A DNA stretch of 64,000 nucleotides from Tubulanus polymorphus. Lineage: Eukaryota > Animalia > Nemertea. The stretch lies in contig NW_027437466.1 in NCBI RefSeq assembly GCF_964204645.1, forward strand, positions 1 through 64,000, in the 5' to 3' direction. Shown here in pieces: positions 50,683 to 64,000 of the stretch. Positions within the stretch are counted from its first letter, which is position 1; each line of letters begins with the position of its first letter. The position numbers and the translations under genes are program-made. The notes beneath the pieces were generated by a model. The model saw only the letters and a list, made by a program, of their open reading frames with translations, had not been told where the DNA came from and searched no databases.

Positions 50683-53600
50683 GTAGACAGTAGGTCGGTC
50701 GTCCGTCCGTTTGTCAGTGTGCCGGCAGTGATGGTTGTTCGAAAAACGACTAAGGGCTGACCGGGCTTTGATCTGCGTTACGACCCTGCGCAGTGAGGGA
50801 GGGAGGCAGGCACCAGGAGAGTCGTCGCCGGTAAGGGAGGGAGGGAGGGAGGGAGGCAGTAGGACGGTCGTCCGTCCTTTCGTCGGTGTGCCGGCAGTGA
50901 TGGTTGTTCGAAAAACGACTAAGTGCTGACCGGGCCTTGATCAGCGTTACGACCCGGCGCAGTGAGGGAAAGAGGCAGGCACCAGGACAGTCGTCTGCCC
51001 GTTAGTCAGTCTGCCGGCTTTGGTGGTTCGAAACACGACTAAGTGCTGACCGGGCCTTGATCAGCGTTACGACCCGGCGCCGGTAAGGGAGGGAGGGAGG
51101 GGGACAGTAGGTCGGTCGTCCGTCCGTGCGTCAGTGTGCCGGCAGTGCTGGTTGTTCGAAAAACGACTAAGTGCTGACCGGGCCTTGATCAGCGTTACGA
51201 CCCGGAGCAGTGAGGGAGGGAGGGGGACAGTAGGTCGGTCGTCCGTCCGTTCGTAAGTGTGCCGGCGGTGGTTCTTCGAAAAAACGACTAAGTGCTGACC
51301 GGGCCTAGATCAGCGTTACGACCGGGTGCAGTGAGGGAGGAGGGAGGCAGTAGGTCAGTCGTCCGTCCGTTCGTCAGTGTGCCGGCAGTGCTGGTTGTTC
51401 GAAAAACGACTAAGTGCTGACCGGGCCTTGATCAGCGTTACGACCCGGAGCAGTGAGGGAGGGAGGGAGGCAGTAGGTCGGTCGTCCGTCCGTTCGTAAG
51501 TGTGCCGGCGGTGGTTCTTCAAAAAAACGACTAAGTGCTGACCGGGCCTTGAACAGCGTTACGACCCGGCGCTGGTCAGGGAGGGAGGGAGGGAGGCAGT
51601 AGATCGGTCGTCCATCCGTTCGTCAGTGTGCCGGCGGTGGTAGTTCGAAAAACGACTAGAGTGCTGACCGGGCCTTGATCAGCGTTACGACCCGGCACCG
51701 GTCAGGGAGGGAGGGAGGGTGGCAGTAGGTCGGTCGTCCGTCCGTTCGTCAGTGTGCCGGCGGTGGTGGTTCGAAAAACGACTAAGTGCTGACCGGGCCT
51801 TGATCAGCGTTATGACCCGGCACCGGTGAGGGAGGGAGGGATGGAGGCAGTAGGTCGGTCGTCCGTCCGTTCGTCAGAGTGCCGGCAGTGCTGGTGGTTC
51901 GAAAAACGACTAAGTGCTGACCGGGCCTTGATCAGCGTTACGACCCGGAGCAGTGAGGGAGGGAGGAAGGCAGTAGGTGGGTCGTCCGTCCGTTCGTCAG
52001 TGTGCCGGCAGTGCTGGTTGTTCGAAAAACGAGTAAGTGCTGACCGGGCCTTGATCAGCGATACGACCCGGTGCAGTGAGGGAGGGAGGGAGGGAGGCAG
52101 CAGGTCGGTCGTCCGTCCGTTCGTCAGTGTGCCGGCGGTGGTTGTTGGAAAAACGACTAAGGGCTGACCGGGCCTTGATCAGCGTTACGACCCGGAGCAG
52201 TGAGGGAGGGAGGGAGGCAGTAGGTCGGTCGTCCGTCCGTTCGTCAGTGTGCCGGCGGTGGTTCTTCGAAAAAACGACTAAGTGCTGACCGGGCCTTGAT
52301 CAGCGTTACGACCCGGCGCTGGTCAGGGAGGGAGGGAGGCAGTAGGTCGGTCGTCCATCCGTTCGTTAGTGTGCCGCCGGTGGTGGTTCGAAAAACGACT
52401 AAGTGCTGACTGGGCCTTGATCAGCGTTACGACTTGGCAACGGCCAGGGAGGGAGGGATGGAGGTAGTAGGTCGGTCGTCCGTCCGTTCGTCAGTGTGCC
52501 GGCAGTACTGGTTGTTCGAAAAACAATTAAGTGCTGACCGGGCCTTGATCAGCGTTACGACCCGGAGCAGTGAGGGAGGGAGGGAGGCAGTAGGTCGGTC
52601 GTCCGTCCGTTCGTCAGTGTGCCGGCAGTACTGGTTGTTCGAAAAACAATTAAGTGCTGACCGGGCCTTGATCAGCGTTACGACCCGGAGCAGTGAGGGA
52701 GGGAGGGAGGGAGGCAGTAGGTCGGTCGTCCGTCCGTTTGTCAGTGTGCCAGCAGTGATGGTTGTTCGAAAAACGACTAAGGGCTGACCGGGCCTTGATC
52801 AGCGTTACGACCCGGAACAGTGAGGGAGGGAGGGAGTCAGTAGGTAGGTCGTTCGTCCGTTCGTCAGTGTTCCGGCAGTGGTGGTTCGAAAAACGACTAA
52901 GTGCTGACCGGGCCTTGATCAGCGTTACGATCCGGCACCGGTCAGGGAGGGAGGGAGGGTGGCAGTAGGTCGGTCGTCCGTCCGTTCGTCAGTGTGCCGG
53001 CGGTTGTGGTTCGAAAAACGACTAAGTGCTGACCGGGCCTTGATCAGCGTTACGACCCGGCACTGGTCAGGGAGGGAGGGAGGGAGGAAGGCAGTATATC
53101 GGTCATTCGAAAAACGACTAGGTGCTGACCGGGCCTTGATCAGCATTACGACCCGCCGCAGTGAGGGAGGGAGAGAGGGAGGCAGTAGGTCGGTCGTCAG
53201 TCCGTTCGTCAGTGTGCCGGTGGTAGTTGTTCGAAAAATGACTAAGTGCTGACCGGGCCTTGATCAGCGTTACGACCCGGCACCGGTCAGGGAGGGAGAG
53301 AGGGAGGCAGTAGGTCGGTCGTCCGTCCGTTCGGCAGTGTGCCGGCGGTAGTTGTTCGAAAAATGACTAAGTGCTGACTGGGCCATGATCAGCGTGACGT
53401 TTCGGCACCGGTCAGGGGGGGATGGAGGTAGTAGGTCGGGCGTCCGTCCGTTCGTCAGTGTGCCGGCAGTGATGGTTGTTCGAAAAACGACTAAGTGCTG
53501 TCCGGGCCTTGATCAGCGTTACGATCCGGCGCCGGTCAGGGAGGGAGGGAGGGGGACAGTAGGTCGGTCGTCCATCCGTTCGTCAGTGTGCCGGCGGTGG

Positions 53601-56600
53601 TTGTTCGAAAAACGACTAAGGGCTGACCGGGCCTTGATCAGCGTTACGACCCGGCACCGATCAGGGAGGGAGGGAGGGTGGCAGTAGGTCGGTCGTCCGT
53701 CCATTCGTCAGAGTGCCGGCGGTGGTTGTTCGAAAAACGACTCAGTGATGACCGGGCCTTGATCAGCGTTACGACCCGGCACTGGTCAGGGAGGGAGGGA
53801 GGGAGGAAGGCAGTATATCGGTCATTCGAAAAACGACTAAGTGCTGACCGGGCCTTGATCAGCATTACGACCCGCCGCAGTGAGGGAGGGAGAGAGGGAG
53901 GCAGTAGGTCGGTCGTCAGTCCGTTCGTCAGTGTGCCGGTGGTAGTTGTTCGAAAAATGACTAAGTGCTGACCGGGCCTTGATCAGCGTTACGACCCGGC
54001 ACCGGTCAGGGAGGGAGAGAGGGAGGCAGTAGGTCGGTCGTCCGTCCGTTCGGCAGTGTGCCGGCGGTAGTTGTTCGAAAAATGACTAAGTGCTGACCGG
54101 GCCATGATCAGCGTGACGTTTCGGCACCGGTCAGGGGGGTATGGAGGTAGTAGGTCGGGCGTCCGTCCGTTCGTCAGTGTGCCGGCAGTGATGGTTGTTC
54201 GAAAAACGACTAAGTGCTGTCCGGGCCTTGATCAGCGTTACGATCTGGCGCCGGTCAGGGAGGGAGGGAGGGGGACAGTAGGTCGGTCGTCCATCCGTTC
54301 GTCAGTGTGCCGGCGGTGGTTGTTCGAAAAACGACTAAGGGCTGACCGGGCCTTGATCAGCGTTACGACCCGGAGCAGTGAGGGAGGGAGGGGGACAGTA
54401 GGTCGGTCGTCCGTCCGTTCGTCAGTGTGCCGGCGGTGGTTGTTGGAAAAACGACTAAGGGCTGACCGGGCCTTGATCAGCGTTACGACCCGGAGCAGTG
54501 AGGGAGGGAGGGAGGGAGGCAGTTGGTCGGTCGTCCGTCCGTTCGTCAGTGTGCCGGCGGTGGTTCTTCGAAAAAACGACTAAGTGCTGACCGGGCCTTG
54601 ATCAGCGTTACGACCCGGCGCTGGTCATGGAGGGAGGGAGGCAGTAGGTCGGTCGTCCATCCGTTCGTTTGTGTGCCGCCGGTGGTGGTTTGAAAAACGA
54701 CTAAGTGCTGACTGGGCCTTGATCAGCGTTATGACTTGGCAACGGCCAGGGAGGGAGGGATGGAGGTAGTAGGTCGGTCGTCCGTCCGTTCGTCAGTGTG
54801 CCGGCAGTACTGGTTGTTCGAAAAACAATTAAGTGCTGACCGGGCCTTGATCAGCGTTACGACCCGGAGCAGTGAGGGAGGGAGGGAGGCAGTAGGTCGG
54901 TCGTCCGTCCGTTTGTCAGTGTGCCGGCAGTACTGGTTGTTCGAAAAACAATTAAGTGCTGACCGGGCCTTGATCAGCGTTACGACCCGGAGCAGTGAGG
55001 GAGGGAGGGAGGGAGGCAGTAGGTCGGTCGTCCGTCCGTTTGTCAGTGTGCCAGCAGTGATGGTTGTTCGAAAAACAACTAAGGGCTGACCGGGCCTTGA
55101 TCAGCGTTACGACCCGGAACAGTGAGGGAGGGAGGGAGTCAGTAGGTAGGTCGTTCGTCCGTTCGTCAGTGTTCCGGCAGTGGTGGTTCGAAAAACGACT
55201 AAGTGCTGACCGGGCCTTGATCAGCGTTACGATCCGGCACCGGTCAGGGAGGGAGGGAGGGTGGCAGTAGGTCGGTCGTCCGTCCGTTCGTCAGTGTGCC
55301 GGCGGTTGTGGTTCGAAAAACGACTAAGTGCTGACCGGGCCTTGATCAGCGTTACGACCCGGTGCAGTGAGGGAGGGAGGGAGGGAGGAAGGCAGTATAT
55401 CGGTCATTCGAAAAACGACTAAGTGCTGACCGGGCCTTGATCAGCATTACGACCCGCCGCAGTGAGGGAGGGAGAGAGGGAGGCAGTAGGTCGGTCGTCA
55501 GTCCGTTCGTCAGTGTGCCGGTGGTAGTTGTTCGAAAAATGACTAAGTGCTGACCGGGCCTTGATCAGCGTTACGACCCGGCACCGGTCAGGGAGGGAGA
55601 GAGGGAGGCAGTAGGTCGGTCGTCCGTCCGTTCGGCAGTGTGCCGGCGGTAGTTGTTCGAAAAATGACTAAGTGCTGACCGGGCCATGATCAGCGTGACG
55701 TTTCGGCACCGGTCAGGGGGGTATGGAGGTAGTAGGTCGGGCGTCCGTCCGTTCGTCAGTGTGCCGGCAGTGATGGTTGTTCGAAAAACGACTAAGTGCT
55801 GTCCGGGCCTTGATCAGCGTTACGATCCGGCGCCGGTCAGGGAGGGAGGGAGGGGGACAGTAGGTCGGTCGTCCATCCGTTCGTCAGTGTGCCGGCGGTG
55901 GTTGTTCGAAAAACGACTAAGGGCTGACCGGGCCTTGTTCAGCGTTACGACCCGGCACCGGTCAGGGAGGGAGGGAGGGTGGCAGTAGGTCGGTCGTCCG
56001 TCCATTCGTCAGAGTGCCGGCGGTGGTTGTTCGAAAAACGACTAAGTGATGACCGGGCCTTGATCAGCGTTACGACCCGGTCCAGTGAGGGAGGGAGGGA
56101 GGGAGGGAGGCAGTAGGCCGGTCGTCCGTCCGTTTGTCAGTGTGCCGGCAGTGATGGTTGTTCAGAAAACGACTAAGGGCTTACTGGGCCTTGATCAGCG
56201 TTACGACCCGGAGCAGTGAGGGAGGGAGGGAGGCAGTAGGTAGGTCGTCCGTCCGTTTGTCAGTGTGCCGGCAGTAATGGTTGTTCGAAAAACGACTAAG
56301 TGCTCACCGGGCCTTGATCAGCGTTACGACCTGGAGCAGTGAAGGAGGAAGGGGGACAGTAGGTCGGTCGTCCGTCCGTTCGTCAGTATGCCGGCGGTGG
56401 TTGTTCAAAAAACGACCAAGTGCTGACAAGGCCTTGATCAGCGTTACGACCCGGCACTGGTCAGGGAGGGAGGGAGGGAGGCAGTAGGTCGGTCATCCGT
56501 CCGTTCGTCAGAGTGCCGGCGGTAGCTGTTCGAAAAACGACTAAGTGCTGACCGGGCCTTGATCAGCGTTACGACCCGGCGCAGTGAGGGAGGGAGGGAG

Positions 56601-59600
56601 GGAGGCAGTAGGTCGGTCGTCCATCCGTTTGTCAGTGTGCCGGCGGTGGTTGTTCGAAAAACGACTAAGTTCTGACCGGGCCTTGATCAGCGTTACGACC
56701 CGATGCAGTGAGGGAGGGAGGGAGGCACTAGGACAGTCGTCCGCCCGTTAGTCAGTGTGTCGGCGGTTGTTGTTCGAAAAACGACTAAGCTGACCGGGCC
56801 ATGAACAGCGTTACGACCCGGCACCGGTCAGGAAGGGAGGGAGGGTGGCAGTAGGTCGGTCGTCCGTCCGTTCGTCAGTGTGCCGGCGGTGGTTGTTCGA
56901 AAAACGACTAAGTGCTGACCGGGCCTTAATCAGCGTTACGACCCGGCACCGGTCAGGGAGGGAGGGAGGGAGGGAGGCAGTAGGTCGGTCGTCCGTCCGT
57001 TCGTCAGTGTGCCGGCGGTGGTTGTTCGAAAAACGACTAAGTGCTGACCGGGCCTTGATCAGCGTTACGACCCGGAGCAGTGAGGGAGGGAGGGAGGCAG
57101 TAGGTCGGTCGTCCGTCCGTTCGCCAGTGTGCCGGCGGTGGTTTTTCGAAAAACGACTAAGCGCTGACCGGGCCTTAATCAGCGTTACGACCCGGAGCAT
57201 TGAGGGAGGGAGGGAGGGAGGCAGTAGGTCGGTCGTCCGTCCGTTTGTCAGTGTGCCGGCAGTGATGGTTGTTCGAAAAACGACTAAGGGCTGACTGGGC
57301 CTTGATCAGCGTTACGACTTGGCAACGGCCAGGGAGGGAGGGATGGAGGTAGTAGGTCGGTCGTCCGTCCGTTCGTCAGTGTGCCAGCAGTACTGGTTGT
57401 TCGAAAAACAATTAAGTGCTGACCGGGCCTTGATCAGCGTTATGACCCGGAGCAGTGAGGGAGGGAGGGAGGCAGTAGGTCGGTCGTCCGTCCGTTCGTC
57501 AGTGTGCCGGCAGTACTGGTGGTTCGAAAAACAATTAAGTGCTGACCGGGCCTTGATCAGCGTTACGACCCGGAGCAGTGAGGGAGGGAGGGAGGGAGGG
57601 AGGCAGTAGGTCGGTCGTCCGTCCGTTTGTCAGTGTGCCGGCAGTGATGGTTGTTCGAAAAACGACTAAGGGCTGACCGGGCCTTGATCAGCGTTACGAC
57701 CCGGAACAGTGAGGGAGGGAGGGAGTCAGTAGGTAGGTCGTTCGTCCGTTCGTCAGTGTTCCGGCAGTGGTGGTTCGAAAAACGACTAAGTGCTGACCGG
57801 GCCTTGATCAGCGTTACGATCCGGCACCGGTCAGGGAGGGAGGGAGGGTGGCAGTAGGTCGGTCGTCCGTCCGTTCGTCAGTGTGCCGGCGGTTGTGGTT
57901 CGAAAAACGACTAAGTGCTGACCGGGCCTTGATCAGCGTTACGACCCGGCACTGGTCAGGGAGGGAGGGAGGGAGGAAGGCAGTATATCGGTCATTCGAA
58001 AAACGACTAAGTGCTGACCGGGCCTTGATCAGCATTACGACCCGCCCCAGTGAGGGAGGGAGAGAGGGAGGCAGTAGGTCGGTCGTCAGTCCGTTCGTCA
58101 GTGTGCCGGTGGTAGTTGTTCGAAAAATGACTAAGTGCTGACCGGGCCTTGATCAGCGTTACGACCCGGCACCGGTCAGGGAGGGAGAGAGGGAGGCAGT
58201 AGGTCGGTCGTCCGTCCGTTCGGCAGTGTGCCGGCGGTAGTTGTTCGAAAAATGACTAAGTGCTGACCGGGCCATGATCAGCGTGACGTTTCGGCACCGG
58301 TCAGGGGGGTATGGAGGTAGTAGATCGGGCGTCCGTCCGTTCGTCAGTGTGCCGGCAGTGATGGTTGTTCGAAAAACGACTAAGTGCTGACCGGGCCTTG
58401 ATCAGCGTTACGACCCGGCGCAGTGAGGGAGGGAGGCTCACACCAGGAGAGTCGTCGCTGGTAAGGGAGGGAGGGAGGGAGGCAGTAGGTCGGTCGTCCG
58501 TCCTTTCGTCAGTGTGCCGGCAGTGATGGTTGTTCGAAAAACGACTAAGTGCTGACATGGCCTTGATCAGCGTTACGACCCGGCGCAGTGAGGGAGGGAG
58601 GCAGGCACCAGGACAGTCGTCCGCCCGTTAGTCAGTCTACCGGCATTGGTGGTTCGAAACACGACTAAGTGCTGACCGGGCCTTGATCAGCGTTACGAAC
58701 CGCCGCCGGTAAGGGAGGGAGGGAGGGAGGGAGGCAGTAGGTCGGTCGTCTGTCCGTTCGTCAGTGTGCCGGCGGTGGTTGTTCGAAAAACGACTCAGTG
58801 CTGACCGGGCCTTGATCAGCGTTACGACCCGGACCAGTGAGGGAGGGAGGGAGGTTGGCAGTAGGTCGGTCGTCCGTCCGTTCGTCAGTGTGCCGGCGGT
58901 GGTGGTTCGAAAAACGACTAAGTGCTGACCGGGCCTTGATCAGCGTTACGACCCGGAGCAGTGAGGGAGGGAGGAAGGCAGTAGGTGGGTCGTCCGTCCG
59001 TTCGTCAGTGTGCCGGCAGTGCTGGTTGTTCGAAAAACGATTAAGTGCTGACCGGGCCTTGATCAGCGTTACGACCCGGAGCAGTGAGGGAGGGAGGGAG
59101 GCAGTAGGTCGGTCGTCCGTCCGTTCGCCAGCGTGCCGCTGGTGGTTGTTCGAAAAACGACTAAGTGCTGACCGGGCCTTGATGAGCGTTACGACCCGGA
59201 GCAGTGAGGGAGGGAGGGAGGGAGGGAGGCAGTAGGTCGGTCGTCCGTCCGTTCGCCAGTGTGCCGCTGGTGGTTGTTCGAAAAACGACTAAGTGCTGAC
59301 CGGGCCTTGATCAGCGTTACGACCCGGTGCAGTGAGGGAGGGAGGGAGGCACTAGGACAGTCGTCCGCCCGTTCGTCAGTGTGCCGGCGGTGGTTGTTCG
59401 AAAAACGACTAAGTGCTGACCGGGCCATGAACTGCGTTACGACCCGGCACCGGTCAGGAAGGGAGGGAGGGTGGCAGTAGGTCGGTCGTCCGTTCGTTGG
59501 TCAGTGTGCCGGCGGTGGTAGTTCGAAAAACGACTAAGTGCTGACCGGGCCTTGATCAGCGTTACGACCCGGAGCAGTGACGGAGGGAGGGAGGCAGTAG

Positions 59601-62600
59601 GTCGGTCGTCCGTCCGTTCGCCAGAGTGCCGCTGGTGGTTGTTCGAAAAACGACTAAGTGCTGACCGGGCCTTGATCAGCGTTACGACCCGGTGCAGTGA
59701 GGGAGGGAGGGAGGCACTAGGACAGTCGTCCGCCCGTTAGTCAGTGTGTCGGCGGTTGTTGTTCGAAAAACGACTAAGTGCTGACCGGGCCATGAACAGC
59801 GTTACGACCCGGCACCGGTCAGGAAGGGAGGGAGGGTGGCAGTAGGTCGGTCGTCCGTTCGTTGGTCAGTGTGCCGGCGGTGGTAGTTCGAAAAACGACT
59901 AAGTGCTGACCGGGCCTTGATCAACGTTACGACCCGGAGCATTGAGGGAGGGAGGGAGGCAGTAGGTCGGTCGTCCGTCCGTTCGCCAGTGTGCCGCTGG
60001 TGGTTGTTCGAAAAACGACTAAGTGCTGACCGGGCCTTGATCAGCGTTACGACCCGGAGCAGTGAGGGAGGGAGGGAGGCAGTAGGTCGGTCGTCCATCC
60101 GTTCGTCAGTGTGTCGGCGGTTGCTGTTTGAAAAACGACTAAGTGCTGACCGGGCCATGAACAGCGTTACGACCCGGCACCGGTCAGGAAGGGAGGGAGG
60201 GAGGCAGTAGGTCGGTCGTCCATCCGTTCGTCAGTGTGCCGGCGGTGGTTGTTCGAAAAACGACTAAGTGCTGACCGGGCCTTGATCAGCGTTACCACCC
60301 GGAGCAGTGAGGGAGGGAGGGAGGCAGTAGGTCGGTCGTCCATCCGTTCGTCAGTGTGTCGGCGGTTGCTGTTTGAAAAACGACTAAGTGCTGACCGGGC
60401 CATGAACAGCGTTACGACCCGGCACCGGTCAGGAAGGGAGGGAGGGAGGCAGTAGGTCGGTCGTCCATCCGTTCGTCAGTGTGCCGGCGGTGGTTGTTCG
60501 AAAAACGACTAAGTGCTGACCGGGCCTTGATTAGCGTTACCACCCGGTGCAGTGAGGGAGGGAGGGAGGCACTAGGACAGTCGTCCGCCCGTTAGTCAGT
60601 GTGTCGGCGGTTGTTGTTCGAAAAACGACTAAGTGCTGACCGGGTCTTGATCAGCGTTACGACCCGCAGCAGTGAGGGAGGGAGGGAGGCAGTAGGTCGG
60701 TCGTCCATCCGGTCGTTAGTGTGCCGGCGGTGGTTGTTCGAAAAACGACTAAGTGCTGACCGGGCCTTGATCAGCGTTACGACCCGGAGCAGTGAGGGAG
60801 GGAGGGAGGCAGTAGGTCGGTCGTCCGTCCGTTCGCCAGTGTGCCGCTGGTGGTTGTTCGAAAAACGACTAAGTGCTGACCGGGCCTTGATCAGCGTTAC
60901 GACCCGGTGCAGTGAGGGAGGGAGGGAGGCACTATGACAGTCGTCCGCCCGTTAGTCAGTGTGTCGGCGGTTGTTGTTCGAAAAACGACTAAGTGCTGAC
61001 CGGGCCTAGATCAGCGTTACGACCCGGTGCAGTGAGGGAGGGAGAGAGGCAGTAGGTCGGTCGTCCGTCCGGTCGTCAGTGTGCCGGCGGTGGTTGTTCG
61101 AAAAACGACTAAGTGCTGACCGGGCCTTGATCAGCGTAACGACCCGGTGCAGTGAGGGAGGGAGGGAGGGAGGGAGGCAGTAGGTCGGTCGTCCATCCGT
61201 TCGTCAGTGTGCCGGCGGTGGTAGTTCGAAAAACGACTAAGTGCTGACCGGGCCTTGATCAGCGTTACGACCCGGTGCAGTGAGGGAGGGAGAGAGGCAG
61301 TAGGTCGGTCGTCCGTCCGGTCGTCAGTGTGCCGGCGGTGGTTGTTCGAAAAACGACTAAGTGCTGACCGGGCCTTGATCAGCGTTACGACCCGGTGCAG
61401 TGAGGGAGGGAGGGAGGCAGTAGGTCGGTCGTCCGTCCGTTCGTCAGTGTGCCGGCGGTGGTTGTTCGAAAAACGACTAAGTGCTGACCGGGCCATGAAC
61501 AGCGTTACGACCCGGCACCGGTCAGGGAGGGAGGGAGGCAGTAGGTCGGTCGTCCATCCGTTCGTCAGTGTGCCGGCGGTGGTTATTCGAAAAACGACTA
61601 AGTGCTGACCGGGCCTTGATCAGCGTTGCGACCCGGTGCCTGTGAGGGAGGGAGGGAGGCAGTAGGTCGGTCGTCCATCCGTTCGTCAGTGTGTCGGCGG
61701 TTGCTGTTCGAAAAACGACTAAGTGCTGACCGGCCATGAACAGCGTTACGACCCGGCACCGGTCAGGAAGGGAGGGAGGGTGGCAGTAGGTCGGTCGTCC
61801 GTCCGTTCGTCAGTGTGCCGGCGGTGGTTGTTCGAAAAACGACTAAGTGCTGACCGGGCCTTGATCAGCGTTACGACCCGGTGCAGTGATGGAGAGGGAG
61901 AGGTCGGTCGTCCGTCCGTTCGTCAGTGTGCCGGCGGTGGTTGTTCGAAAAACGACTAAGTGCTGACCGGATCTTGATCAGCATTACGACCCGGTGCAGT
62001 GAGGGAGGGAGGGAGGGAGGCAGTAGGTCGGTCGTCCATCCGTTCGTCAGTGTGCCGGCGGTGGTAGTTCGAAAAACGACTAAGTGCTGACCGGGCCTTG
62101 ATCAGCGTTACGACCCGGTGCAGTGAGGAAGGGAGGGAGGCAGTAGGTCGGTCGTCCGTCCGTTCGCCAGTGTGCCGCTGGTGGTTGTTCGAAAAACGAC
62201 TAAGTGCTGACCGGGCCTTGATCAACGTTACGACCCGGAGCAGTGAGGGAGGGAGGGAGGCAGTAGGTCGGTCGTCCGTCCGTTCGCCAGTGTGCCGCTG
62301 GTGGTTGTTCGAAAAACGACTAAGTGCTGACCGGGCCTTGATCAGCGTTACGACCCGGTGCAGTGAGGGAGGGAGGGAGGCATTAGGACAGTCGTCCGCC
62401 CGTTAGTCAGTGTGTCGGCGGTTGTTGTTCGAAAAACGACTAAGTGCTGACCGGGCCATGAACAGCGTTACGACCCGGCACCGGTCAGGAAGGGAGGGAG
62501 GGAGGCAGTAGGTCGGTCGTCCATTCGTTCGTCAGTGTGCCGCTGGTGGTTGTTCGAAAAACGACTAAGTGCTGACCGGGCCTTGATCAGCGTTACGACC

Positions 62601-64000
62601 CGGAGCAGTGAGGGAGGGAGGGAGGCAGTAGGTCGGTCGTCCGTCCGTTCGCCAGTGTGCCGCTGGTGGTTGTTCGAAAAACGACTAAGTGCTGACCGGG
62701 CCTTGATCAGCGTTACGACCCGGTGCAGTGATGGAGAGGGAGAGGTCGGTCGTCCGTCCGTTCGTCAGTGTGCCGGCGGTGGTTGTTCGAAAAACGACTA
62801 AGTGCTGACCGGATCTTGATCAGCATTACGACCCGGTGCAGTGAGGGAGGGAGGGAGGGAGGCAGTAGGTCGGTCGTCCATCCGTTCGTCAGTGTGCCGG
62901 CGGTGGTAGTTCGAAAAACGACTAAGTGCTGACCGGGCCTTGATCAGCGTTACGACCCGGTGCAGTGAGGAAGGGAGGGAGGCAGTAGGTCGGTCGTCCG
63001 TCCGTTCGCCAGTGTGCCGCTGGTGGTTGTTCGAAAAACGACTAAGTGCTGACCGGGCCTTGATCAACGTTACGACCCGGAGCAGTGAGGGAGGGAGGGA
63101 GGCAGTAGGTCGGTCGTCCGTCCGTTCGCCAGTGTGCCGCTGGTGGTTGTTCGAAAAACGACTAAGTGCTGACCGGGCCTTGATCAGCGTTACGACCCGG
63201 TGCAGTGAGGGAGGGAGGGAGGCATTAGGACAGTCGTCCGCCCGTTAGTCAGTGTGTCGGCGGTTGTTGTTCGAAAAACGACTAAGTGCTGACCGGGCCA
63301 TGAACAGCGTTACGACCCGGCACCGGTCAGGAAGGGAGGGAGGGAGGCAGTAGGTCGGTCGTCCATTCGTTCGTCAGTGTGCCGCTGGTGGTTGTTCGAA
63401 AAACGACTAAGTGCTGACCGGGCCTTGATCAGCGTTACGACCCGGAGCAGTGAGGGAGGGAGGGAGGCAGTAGGTCGGTCGTCCGTCCGTTCGCCAGTGT
63501 GCCGCTGGTGGTTGTTCGAAAAACGACTAAGTGCTGACCGGGCCTTGATCAGCGTTACGACCCGGTGCAGTGAGGGAGGGAGGGAGGCACTAGGACAGTC
63601 GTCCGCCCGTTAGTCAGTGTGTCGGCGGTTGTTGTTCGATAAACGACTAAGTGCTGACCGGGCCATGAACAGCGTTACGACCCGGCACCGGTCAGGAAAG
63701 GAGGGAGGGAGGCAGTAGGTCGGTCGTCCATCCGTTCGTCAGTGTGCCGGCGGTGGTTGTTCGAAAAACGACTAAGTGCTCACCGGGCCTTGATCAGCGT
63801 TACGACCTGGAGCAGTGAAGGAGGAAGGGGGACAGTAGGTCGGTCGTCCGTCCGTTCGTCAGTATGCCGGCGGTGGTTGTTCAAAAAACGACCAAGTGCT
63901 GACCAGGCCTTGATCAGCGTTACGACCCGGCACTGGTCAGGGAGGGAGGGAGGGAGGCAGTAGGTCGGTCATCCGTCCGTTCGTCAGAGTGCCGGCGGTA

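Larger units (their letters stand above)
33097..64000 (+). repeat. GC/CpG-rich ~120-bp satellite array (roughly 250 monomers) with higher-order structure; runs off the window
   Basis: Consensus gcagtaggtcggtcgtccgtccgttcgtcagtgtgccggcggtggttgttcgaaaaacgactaagtgctgaccgggccttgatcagcgttacgacccggagcagtgagggagggagggag, arranged head-to-tail throughout. Confidence 0.98.

Noticed and set aside
33581-63963. Many 60-235 aa ORFs (FEKRLSADRALISVTT..., EGGR repeats)
   Set aside because: They are translations of a stop-poor ~120-bp satellite and (GGGA)n tracts; there is no evidence of coding function.
33097-64000. Hammerhead in the satellite (CTGACGA on the minus strand of most monomers), as in newt or schistosome satellites
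   Set aside because: There is no stem II followed by GAAA and no correctly placed UH; only GAAC occurs nearby.
33097-64000. CRISPR array
   Set aside because: There are no unique spacers or cas genes, and the context is eukaryotic.

Overview
Eukaryotic, most likely invertebrate, repeat-dominated DNA in two parts. Bases 1-33096 are AT-rich. They hold a mosaic of re-used modules (a ~1.1-kb unit built from Penelope RT fragments, a ~155-bp satellite and two duplicated blocks) and a disrupted Penelope-like retroelement (RT + GIY-YIG). That element has a minimal hammerhead ribozyme at its 3' end, a solo LTR in its RT and a second hammerhead-bearing mini-element in its endonuclease. This half also contains several MITEs, a LINE RT scrap, two AT-rich zinc-finger ORF cassettes each headed by the same covarying ~85-nt hairpin, a spliced minus-strand gene fragment and a large inverted duplication. 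Bases 33097-64000 are a GC/CpG-rich ~120-bp satellite with (GGGA)n tracts and nested higher-order repeats of about 0.72, 0.84, 2.3-2.6 and 12.84 kb. No intact host gene was confidently identified, and ORFs called inside the satellite are artefacts. Best candidates for something undescribed: the covarying hairpin + zinc-finger cassettes (possibly virus/Polinton-like), the ribozyme mini-element, and the Penelope-derived tandem array. All calls are by eye; no searches were run.
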